Shown piece after piece: positions 14,500-26,047 of a stretch of 64,000 bases of DNA. Where the stretch lies: positions 5,582,001 through 5,646,000 of the forward strand of contig CM119372.1 of NCBI GenBank assembly GCA_051294905.1, given 5' to 3'. The notes below the pieces were generated by a model that did no database searches, was not told where the DNA came from, and saw nothing but the letters and a program-made list of their open reading frames with translations. The first letter of the stretch is position 1. Every line of letters starts with the position of its first letter. A program made the translations under genes and the position numbers. Source of the DNA: Botryllus schlosseri. Taxonomy: Eukaryota.

Positions 14500-17400
14500 A
14501 CCATGACCATACTCATATATTTACCTATGTGTCAGTTTTTTTTTTTTTCATTTTCGTGGTCGTTAATATTAGTGTGAAAAGTAGTTTATTTGCAAAGTAT
14601 ATCACCATTATTTGAACGTGTCTATTAGCTATTTCAATGAAGTCTACTAATTTCCAGCTAATCCGTGTCATATCTTTTATTCGTCAACTGGCGATGTCTT
14701 CATCCAAACTCTACCATAGGCCCCTGTAAAGATGGAAATGAGTGGGAAAAAGCATCCCTACATCTTAGGCATTTTTGATCATGTCGGAGTGGTGAAATTT
14801 TCCACCGTAAATACTATTATTTGAAAAATGATGGAAATTTCTAATTGGATGACCTCAGCATCTGCGAATTGAAATGAGTCAAATTTTTTGTGCAAGGTAT
14901 TTTAGGTAACCTAATGATTTGCCAGCTAAGCCAATCAAATTTGAAAAAAGTTTTTTTTTAACACCCCTAGTGTCCACTGTTCCATAATGATCATAAATTT
15001 TAATATTCATGATTTGTGAGTTTATGCATAGTATGCTGTAATTTGTCAGTGTTTGAATGAATTTTGCAAGGCGTTCGGAATTGGTAGCATTTTGAAGGAT
15101 CGTTTCATGTTCGCTTGTAATGATTTTCTTGCTAATTATTTTAGGACAAGAATGCAGAACAAGTCCATATCCTGTCTCAGTCTTACGCAGACAAGGAAGA
15201 GGATGCAGTATAAAGTCATTTCCCTCATACCAACTTTTCACCTCGTTGCAAGTTGAACCTGTATGAAGATTGAAGATATTTCCAGCTAGAGAGATTGTTG
15301 GTTGCAAGTGTGCATTGCTTGCTGTGGAATTTTTTACAAGTTACAGTTGAATCTGCTGATTATTATTTTCATCCGCTCTAGACACGGTATATACGATCAA
15401 AAAGGGGTGAAAGTGAGTCATCCTTGCTGCTCAAGTAAAGGTGGATCTGAAATTGTGACTACTTGAGTACTTTCCAAAAGTAGAACGAGTCGCACACTTG
15501 CAGGTTACTGCAGTTGGTAGAGGCCGCTTTCAAAATTGCAGGATGTACGCGAAAAATATATAATGGCACTCCAATTATAGTGCGATTTCTAAATTGCATT
15601 CATTATTTACTACATTATAGGGGCTATCTAACTGGTTATGTCTGAAAAGTAAGTAGTAAGTAGAAGTAGTAAAAAAACATGCAGTACAAGTAGGCGAAAC
15701 CTGAGTAGAAGTGCTTTGTTTGTTCTACTGCACCTTGCTCAATGTGTGACAGATCTGCGCATAGAGGATGTCGTAACGAGCAATTGACCAGAATAAAACA
15801 TCCTATTTTTTTTGTATCTCTATTCGTATTACCTCTTCACCTTCAAAACTTGCCATCTTGATTCTTAAATATCAACGTCGGATATTTCCCTAGTGTGCAA
15901 CATTCTCTAATCCTTCCAGTGTGCATGCTTCTTGACCTTGATTGATTGACAATTGTTGCTTTGACTCAATGCTGTGCTTTACTTTGCTGCAGTTTTTATT
16001 ATTGCCTATAATGATTTTCAAAACTTGCCAACCTCTTGTATTTCTGATAAGTTGTGTATGTGTGGTATTCTGTAATCCTCCCAGTGTACTTACTTCGTAG
16101 TCATCATATTTTTAGCCTTCGGATTGATTAATTGATCGACTGCTCGTGATATTTTTGAGTCCACCTGTTGCTTTATTGTATGTCTTGAACTTGAGTGAGT
16201 GATTGATTTTGACGTGATTTACAGCCGTTGTTGATTTTATTCGTTGCTGCTTAGTTTTTATTGTTGACAATTTGATAATATAAGCTTTTTGCCTGAAAAT
16301 CAATCTTGTGTAAGTGTATTTGTGCGTCGCCTAACCTGTGGTAAGGAAATATGCAGGTCCAGGAGCTAGCTAGTATTCAGAGGGTTGATCAGTGGATAGT
16401 CTATGGATATCGTTCCCAACCGGACTGTGTCCCTACAGTGGCCAGGAAGTGACTCAGAAATGACTTGATGGATGGTCAGTGGTCACCCACTGGATAACAC
16501 CAGGAGTCGACACGCTCGGTGCAACCGGATGGCACTAGGGTGAATCTGGGCCAAATGACAAGTTATCCGACGGATATCCGCTTGCCGTAATGTGTTTGCT
16601 GGGTTATCACCTACTACAACTAGGGCTTGCCACGAATCTGAATAGAGCAACGATAAGTCGAAACAGATGATCTTTTAGGGTACATAAATTGTATTCAACA
16701 AGAATTAGAATTCCGATTCTATGTACCACTGCGAGGCCTAAAACATAGATTCGTCATATCGCAGAACACGGCACATGTAGGACGTAGCTACGCACGATCG
16801 TGTGAATGACAAATGTATTGTCTCAAAGTACAATAAAATAGGAATTATCTTAAATCTAAAAAACATTCTTCGATATGATGTAGAGCCGGTATTCATTTTC
16901 TTCGAATTCGCATACGAGATAGATATTTCAACTTTTCCTTGTTCATAATGTTGTCACATCATATAGAGCAGAGGCTTCAATTTCAAATGTGGTCGCAGGT
17001 CAATTTCCGGATTTTTGACGACGCAGCAAAATAGGGATATTCAATGTATAATTTCCAAGTAGGCCTTATTTGACGGGAGCTTGCAGACAGGCATTCCACA
17101 AACATCTCGAGAATATAATTTACTATTGTATTATTCACGTTTGACACGAAAAAAATCACAGTTTTGAATATTTCAATAAAATTATTTTTGTGCTGGGCAT
17201 AATTTGTTAAAATAATGAGTTATAGAGATGATGCAATAGGATGCATCATGACATCATCAAACTCTGGGTTATACTATTTCAGTTGGTGGACCTTTGACGT
17301 GTCACAGTTGTATTTTAAAATCTACTGAAATTTGATCTGGTATCAGAGCATTTGAGCGGTGTAGCCTAATCCGGGTTTTGATATAGTCGTGATAAGTAGG

Positions 17401-20400
17401 CTGTTGCTACTGTCATTACCAAAGTCAAATTAATTCAGAATTAGATGTTGGCTTCGATTATTATTGGAACATATCAACAACTTTAGCCATAGTAATAGCA
17501 TTGTTTCTTAGCCTTAGCGATCGCACACCTCATGCTACTCATAAGATTTCTAGCAGCCCAAAATTTATTTTCAACACAATTTCTGATGGTACCTATATTA
17601 AAATCAGATAGTCAATTCACATAAAATTGCGCATAGCACGAGAACCACAGCATATAGGTCTAATTCCACGATGCATATCGTACCACAAAAGGGTCTACGG
17701 GCCCTGTTCAAGAACCCCTGGGATAGAATAGAGCACAAAATCTTCTTTTAGAACTTTTTACTTCATTTTGAAGTGAATTTTACAAGCCTGGTAAATGGCT
17801 AATTGTACAGTAGAAATTCAAGGCGTTGCAACTATTTAAACTCCGGTGCAAACAATATGTACTTTGACCACCAACTATGATTAAACGCTAAGAATGCCTA
17901 CGCAACACCTCGACCAAATCTACTTTTTCAAACTTATTATTTGTATACTTTCCAGAAGTGCATTATCTACTTCCATTTCGAGTAGATCTAACGCAACTTT
18001 AAAGTTGTTACCTCTAGGTGTGTATAAATCCATAACATTACATCTACTTCAGTTCAAAAGATGATTACTTTCACAGCCTCTGGTTTCCATGAAGTGTATT
18101 CAATGTTTTATACCTTTTGACTTTTTCCTGAGGATGACGCAGCACCGATTTTACAGCAACGCTTGTTCCATGTGGCAGTAGTTCTTCCGAACGTTTTTGG
18201 TTTCAGTCATCAAGACATACTTTGTACAGTGTTCTTGACGTTGTTGAACACTATCAATTGAAGACATTGCCGATCTAAATAATCAAAGATATTATAATGT
18301 TTGTAGTGAAGCCATTTGTCAAGAAGCCAAGCCAGGAATCTAGAATATCCTGTAAAAAAAAGACAATGAAGTTCAAGCTGGACCATTCGCACATTCTACT
18401 CACTACAATGACTAATCAGTAGGGCTGAGCACATTGGTATGGTTACTCAAATCTCGAACGAGTATCAATTCTTATGATTCGAGCCAAGTATGTGACTATT
18501 TTCAAGACAGCCTACTGAAATTACACGCTCTGTGCCACTATAACAATGCAGTTTATAATAAAATTATAGTTCCACCCAGCACGTTTTAGCATCCCGATTG
18601 CGAACCACCGTCAATTGTATATTTCCGCATCATCGATGGCACTTTTTTCAGAGTAATAAATTGCTAATTAATGAAATATCATAAATCATCATATATAGTT
18701 CGTAACTTCAACTTACATAATTTAACATCTTGATCCATGAACAATGCACCACTGCGGCGCCTTCCTCTGAAGTTTAGAACTACATAACATTGCCTGTTCA
18801 ATATCTAGTCTCCTGGTAGAAATGAAGTAACTTTGTATACACAAACACAGATATGCCCCATCCATATATAGTAAGAATCCATTGATAATAAGGTTGTGTT
18901 TTCTTATCGACGGCAAGATGACCAATGTGAGCAATCAGCCTTCCTTAGGGCCCATCCATAGCCTACTTTTTTGATACTGCTGCAATGTAGGCAATGTTTC
19001 CGTGTATATATACTAATATCGAAAGTTATAATCAAGCAATAAAAGTATGCACGGAGGCCGTGCCAACATTGCGGTAACATTGCCAACAACCCGTCTGCAC
19101 CAGGTCATGAACATGTTAAGTTTATAGAGTTTATAATTGGTTTAGTGTTTGAGTATCCTTTGATTAGAGCGAGGTTAAAGATGGGCTAACAAACTATTAT
19201 ATTGTTGTTCCTAAAATACCCTAAATATAAACCAATATTGCCAAAAATTCTTACATGTTCACTGAAAGCCTCAATTATTTTATTAACGCTATTATAGATG
19301 GTTATGGTTATATACTGTTGTGGAAACAAAAATACGAAAATGGATGTTAATGTGATGCTACAATCTTCATGCATCCACAAATTCAGCAATCTCACATTCT
19401 ATAAAGGAACATTCCACATTTCTGTAAGCCTATACATAACATTTCAAAATTCAGTATATACCGATATGTTATAAAATACCGGTACATTACTTTATGCGGC
19501 ATCTGGTTTGCTGATTGGGTCCTGCAGTCCTGGGAAATCCTTGTAAAACTTTTCACAGGATGCACATGAAATGGCAAGTTATTGCTTGTGAGACATTATG
19601 GAACAGAGCACAATAAATCAGACTTCTATGATCAATACATTATCATATAGTATCAAATGTAGCCTACTACCAGAATTATCGGCTTGCCTGAGTTACCAAT
19701 TAGCAGCGGGTCGATCAATTCCGTCAGTAGGTGATATTACAGCCGTGTCACTATAATCATATAATCGAATTCATTATATCGCATCAGCAGTTCATGATGA
19801 TCGAGACTATTGCTGTTTATTAAATATAGCACTCAAATACCAAGCTCCCTGCCCTTCCGGTACTCATGATAGAGACATCTCACAGTCCACGCTGTTAACG
19901 TTTCCAATTATGAACTAAACCATTACTGTGATAATTCGTCCCTCCGCCATTGCTACATACGGTGATCAAATTGAATTACACGCGCGGCGCATGCGCGATG
20001 CTCGCCAAATAGAAGAAGGCAGGCTTCTGGTTTTATGGTTGGATGAATCTGAAGCAACAGGCGTGTTCGACTCCATTATCGAAATAGCCGAGAGGATTAC
20101 TTACTGCGTTGTTCCGTGATTGGAATAGTCATCACAATCCCATCATGACGATTATCAAGTTCTGATATCGGAATATTTCACATGCATTACGAGTATTTGC
20201 CCCTGATGTGGGCATTTTCGACCCAGTAATGTCACAATAAAATAAGCCACTGTGTCTCTGTATCGCACATTATATCGAGCCTCTTTAGCACTGTGCGACC
20301 GCAATGATCGACAGCCGGGCTTGTGAAGTTCCACGCGATGAGAAAGTCACACCATATCAACATCCACGGCTTCACTCCACTAGATTTCACTTGTATCATG

Positions 20401-21967
20401 ACTGTATTCAACACAACTTATTCAGCATTGACTGCAGAATAATGCACATTTGAGTTCATAGAAACGATTTCCCAGTAAGGACATCCAAATCAACTCCTGT
20501 GTTGGTGGCATCCAGGCATCACACTATTATGACATCCACTGGAATGGTCATTGGTGACTGGCATGGGAGCACTCTTAAAGTTACTTCCTCTGGGGGTCTC
20601 TTGGAGTTACATAATTGGACGTCAATTTGTGACCTACTGAGCAAGTCCTCAGTCACTAAAAGTGGGACGTGGGACGACTGGGCACAATTGTGGACGTACC
20701 CGTAAGTCCGTGGGAGATCGGGTGTTTGCTGGGATAGCTTCGTTGATAATAACCAATATCGTATTTGTATTTTGCCAGTTTCGTTGCTCGCTCAGCCAAT
20801 ATACGCAGTGTGTGAGCTGATATGATGTTGTATCCCATGTTGTTAGCCGTTAGGCGTTGAACCAGGTATGGAGTCGAGAAAGAGGGCGAATGACACTTCC
20901 ATAGGGAGTGGCGCCACGTACACAGTAGGCCAGGCGCGTCCATTAGGGAGTGGCGTCATGTACACAGTACGTCAGGCGCGTCCATAGGGAACCACGTGAC
21001 GTCCAGGCTAGGCCAGACGCGTCCGTGAGGAGTCGCTTCATGTCCACAGCATGTCATTGTGGACGTACTCAGAGGGCAGACAGGACGTCTCTAGTTGTCG
21101 ACAAATCCAATCCAGGGAGGTAACGGCAGGAAGTAACCGGATGTCCGGCCTGCTATTCCACCGGAAGTCAACTGGACGTCGAGTGTTTGCTGGGCATGTG
21201 TAGACTATGCATTGGGTTCGAACCAGACGGTATATGAGCCCGAGCCCGCACCAGATGGTTGTTGTTACAATAACCTTAATTTGATCATGAATATTGTACA
21301 TAAAACGATTATAACGTTTATTAGTCGAGTGGTCATTGGACACGATTCAAGTGTGAAATATTTCCAATAGTAAAATCCACACCAGAAAAGACCGATCGGA
21401 CTTCGACCTTATCCCATACTTTTAGTACAATCTTTAAAGTATGTGGGGGGCGCTGGGTTCTTGAAATTTCTTAAAGGGGGCGCTGGAAGAAAAAAGGTTA
21501 AGAACCACTGCTTTAGAGCGTTTACAGCTAAGATAATGGATAGGTTCGACTGAAAATCGGCATAAATGACGCTAAATTGCTAATACTGACGTTTGAGCGG
21601 GTCATTCGGGAGTCGATTGAAAGTGACGACCTTTTTTCTTATTCAACATCACTAAATTTAAGCTAAAAGTGGGTAAATCGGGAGTTAAACGAAAATGAAG
21701 ACCTTTTTTAGTCAACACCTCAAATCTTCCAGCAAAAAATAGAAAAATCGGCTGTTTTCAGTCTTGATCAACTAACTTTTTTGATTTGTTAAAAGTGTCC
21801 TCGTCTTCCGATTCCAAAATATATGATAACCCTCTAATATGCAATTTTGAACGGTGCCAGGCAATAAGTATTATGCGCAACTAGGCGATGAATTCGAAAA
21901 AGTTGTGGCGCGGAAAAGACCTTCAAACAATTTTGGAACATTTCACCATTCTCACTTTCGCTCTCAG

Positions 21968-24900
21968 ATATTTCCAAGAGTACGACAGTTGATTTGTATA
22001 CTACTGATCCGTTGGAAACGTTTACTGCTTTATCGACACCCGCAGGTATTATTATATGTATTCCTTAAATTAGTCACGATGAAAAATATTAGGTATACAT
22101 ATATTATATATGTATAGCAGCTTCTTGTGTGTGTGCGTGTGTAAGCACGTCGCACTACCACCAACAATATGTGACAAATGGGACAACATCGAAGACAAAT
22201 ATGAAATATATCTTGATTGAACGTCATTGTGTTCAAACCGTCGGTCAGTGTTGGGATCAAGTCACTACCTCCGAGTCACAAGTCATCTCGAGTCATTGTA
22301 TATTTTGACTCGAGTCAAGTCAATCGATTTTGGAAAGTGACTCGAGTCGAGTCAAGTCACTCGATTTTTGGAGGTGACTCTAGTCAAGTCGAGTCAAGTC
22401 AAGACGAGTCAAGAGTCAAGTTGTATTTTCGAAACACGAGGCATGATTAAGTCATTGCATTTTGCTAGCTGTTTGATATTCAGATCGGTTCGCTATTCAT
22501 TATAAATCGAGGGATGAATATAGACTTATAGAGGTTAAATTAAGTTGCAAATAGGCGTTGTGCATCTCACGAATGCGTAGTACCCTATCCGCCAAAATAG
22601 AGAATAGAATACGAAACCGCAGGCAGGGGAAACGAATTGATATGATACATTATCCCACTACATATCCACGGTATACAATTTAAGCTGCGCCAATGCTTGA
22701 CTACAGTAATATAAACTTGTAAAGTATATTTAATATTGATTTAGATCACACAAGTGATCACCTAACCCTAATGGCCACTGACCAGTCTATAGAACAGAGA
22801 TCGATACCTTGTTATATTACTTTACTACTGCGAAAACGGACGCTCTAAGAGGTCAATGTGTTTGTGATAGACCAATGGAGGTTCAGTAAAACGCAAAATC
22901 ATTGAATGAATGTGATTTGTCACTCTCACAAGCCACACCAGCCTATCGAAAACAATCCGACTATTTGTAAAGAATACAGCGATTGTTATCGACACCGATT
23001 ACTTGATGATTTGAAATTGACTCGTAAAATTTTGCTCCGAGACACGAGTCAATCCGCATTTCTAAAACGCCGAGTCAAGCCAAGTCAAGTTATTTTTGCA
23101 AAGTGACTCGAGTCAAGTCAAGTCATACGAAAAAGGTGACTCGAGTCTGACTCGAGTCATCCCAACACTGCTATATATAAGTATCAAGTTATTATATACA
23201 TCGGATATGCTATGACTTCCCTTTTTGCAGTAGATGGTTGGAAATTGCTTCATTGCTACAAATTCAAATGCCAATAAAAGGCCTGTTTTCGTGATCTGAC
23301 ATACCGAACCACTGCAGTATACAGTGCGCAATTGCGAGACTATAGTGCTTGATATGTTGCAACCTAGGGTAATATATTAGAGCCACCTGGTCAATTGCCT
23401 GTAAGGTTGCGTTATAGCCAAGATCACCCAGTTCCTGATGTTATCCAGCTCAAACGTTTTTCAACTCGCGGACCGGTGGACTTTCAAAAAATTGAAATCA
23501 AACCCAAATGCCAAGTATGCAACCGTTTTTGCATGTATATGGTTCTAGAGAATGACATTTGGAGGGTTTTAATCGTTATTAGTTATATTCATAAAGGCAT
23601 CGATGCGATTTTACGGTAGTGAGTCTGCTGAGTCGAGGTAAAATTGCTTTGACAGATAAACGTGCTACCGCAGAGAGTCGTTTAAAGTCTTTCGCGCCGA
23701 AGGTCGTGGATTTAACCGACCATGCTAACTCGAAAAATATTCTTCTCTTCGGCAATATCGAGAGAAGAAGCATTTAGGCACCTTATCGAGCTAATTTGCT
23801 CATTTCCCACTACCACCAGACGTTGGGTACTCTGGCTACTACGAAAACAATGCGCCGCACGAAAACAGCTGACTACAGCTATAGCCTACCTGGCCATCGA
23901 CAAAATAGGGGTCGAAATAGCACTTTGTCTTCCCAGTCCCCTTAAAACCTTGGTCTTGGGCCCCCAGACCCCACAGTTGGATGGACGTCTTAATCAGTAC
24001 TTGTGAGCACGTTCATTCTACTCAGTGTAGGCAGAGGAGTTTGTGTAGCCTAAACACGCGAGGCGCGAAAATTTTCTATAATTCATGACTGAATCGGTCA
24101 ATAATATTGGTAATTGCATATATTTTGCTATAAATTTTGATTCTCTCAGAATTATCAGATTTTCCGGTAAATCAGAGTGAGGTGTCGTCTTGGAGAATTT
24201 ATGGCACGTAATTTATAATTAAGCGTATTTTGACGGGCCTATTGCAATAATTAATTCGTTCCATGCCTATTTCTATAAATCATGCGTATTTATCGGAGTA
24301 AGGGTCCTCAAATAATCAAAACATGTCGTGTCACGAAATCGGGCAAAGCGCGGCAGTTACGGTCCTGTACAAAATGAATGAATAGAAAACGAATGATCGT
24401 GCAAACTGCGTGGTTTAGCGAGTCAGCTCATGCTTATCGCTCGCATGACGTCAAAGGACACTGCTTGAACTTCAAGTCGAATCGAACAATTTTCCAGACC
24501 TATAATGTCACCTGGCAGACCGGCAGGAAAGTCGTCACGGACCGGCACTGGTCCGCGGACTGGCGGTTGAGAACCACTGATCTACCTTCATCAAAGCTTG
24601 ATGAATGAGGGATCGTTCTATTGCCACTGCTATAAATTGGAATTTTTTTAAAACTTTTGTGCTAAAGGTCAAACTGCATGAAAAGCTGTAGATACTGGTG
24701 TTCATCGAAAGCTATTAATAGCTTGGCCTCGTTATAAACGAGAAAGTCAAGAAAACGACATCTTATGTAGGCTACCTATGCTAAATACATTTTATACAAA
24801 ATAAACATATACGAATGTCGGATTACATGCGTAGCCTTGTAAGATGACCGAAGAATATTAGCAATAGTGTATTCTCGTTTAGCTCAATGTAGGAATCAGC

Positions 24901-26000
24901 ACCTTCTAAGATTGATTTCATGACGTCAAAATTGAACGCAATCGACTCTCCTGCAGACGCAATCGATAAGTGCCAATCATGTGAGACGCATAAACGAACT
25001 AGCGATTATATACCTGTTTCCGACATGAGTTGTCGTGTGCCAGCGGTGTAACGGTCATATATTTTATAGATGCCGACGAAACACTCGGAACTTCAGAAGC
25101 AACAAATATAGGTATGATCACATCCAAATATCACCCATTCTATCTCAAATGTGCATAGCATACTTTAGGTACAATAGTAGCGTGTTGCAATGTGCAATTG
25201 ATAGAAGATACGAAGTTTGTGTCATGCAAAATCAAGTTGTAACCTATTGAGAAATGTTATGCGACCCCAACTTTGGTCGCAGGATTGATTGGAGGGAAGA
25301 TGGTACATTTTCGTCTGCACGGTCGAGGTACTCCGACGATGAAGATGCGAATCAGCGATAAACCATTGTCACAGCTCCACGCTATACCGATGTGTGCTCA
25401 GTTGCCCGCCCCGTATAGAATTCACATAACAAAACCATAATCACCCTCATTAGAATGGGCTTCAGAAGAAGATGAAGAGACGTATAATTTATTGCGATAA
25501 AGTGACAGATCCCGTTCCTTTCAGGAGCAGCACCCATCTTCGAAACAAATAGTTATATTTGCACAGGATATATTCTCGGATAATTATCGTCAAATTACAA
25601 TAGAAAGATCTCGCAATTTGTAAATTGCGCTATTAGTTCTACGATGAAGTTGGAGCTGATACCACACATCTATCACGTAACAATACCATGTGTATGAACG
25701 CGAGGCGATCTGACGAAAGTTTTACGTCATAAAGTGGAATGAGGAGATCTGAATCACCTATCTGTAGGACCAAATGCTTTTATTTTATCATTTCAACTTG
25801 CTCATGAACATATTTATGCTGTATTCTGTGTACCGTAACGGAGTTATGATGCAGGAACACGATGTCAGTATGCTCCCCACACAAAAGATCAAAGCAGTAT
25901 CATCCCTGAATCGATATAATTGCGATAGAACAACCAGCATACCCTTTTCTATGGTAATCACAGACCGTGACGCTCCAGTTCCTTTTCATGTTTTGTTTTT

Positions 26001-26047
<47 letters not shown>

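Larger units (their letters stand above)
8675..16603. mobile_element. Inner CCCAGCAAACAC-TIR transposon (different subfamily)
   Basis: CCCAGCAAACACAT at 8675 and ATGTGTTTGCTGGG ending at 16603, TSD TT. A ~195-bp subterminal tandem duplication lies at about 8820-9200. Confidence 0.8.
7333..20733. mobile_element. Middle CCCAGCAAACAC-TIR transposon, same family as the outer one, inverted
   Basis: TIRs at 7333 and ending at 20733, TSD AT. Its right ~260 bp is the diverged reverse complement of 651-912. Its left ~240 bp is the diverged reverse complement of the outer right end. Confidence 0.8.
651..21194. mobile_element. Outer CCCAGCAAACAC-TIR DNA transposon (CMC/EnSpm-like), non-autonomous
   Basis: CCCAGCAAACACCCGA at 651 and TCGAGTGTTTGCTGGG ending at 21194, both flanked by CA (2-bp TSD). 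Subterminal ~40-bp repeats at about 20898-21045. Superfamily inferred from CCC termini, 2-bp TSD and subterminal repeats. Confidence 0.8.

Noticed and set aside
14879..15307. Longest ORF in the track (142 aa, minus strand)
   Set aside because: No recognisable motif and no splice support; it lies inside a decayed transposon.
651..20733. Single element bounded by ~260-bp inverted repeats
   Set aside because: Flanks CA and AT do not match. The pairings 651-21194 and 7333-20733 both give matching TSDs.
20898..21045. CRISPR-like spaced repeats (also 7460-7570)
   Set aside because: Degenerate ~40-bp tandem units without unique spacers, at transposon ends in eukaryotic DNA, with no cas genes.
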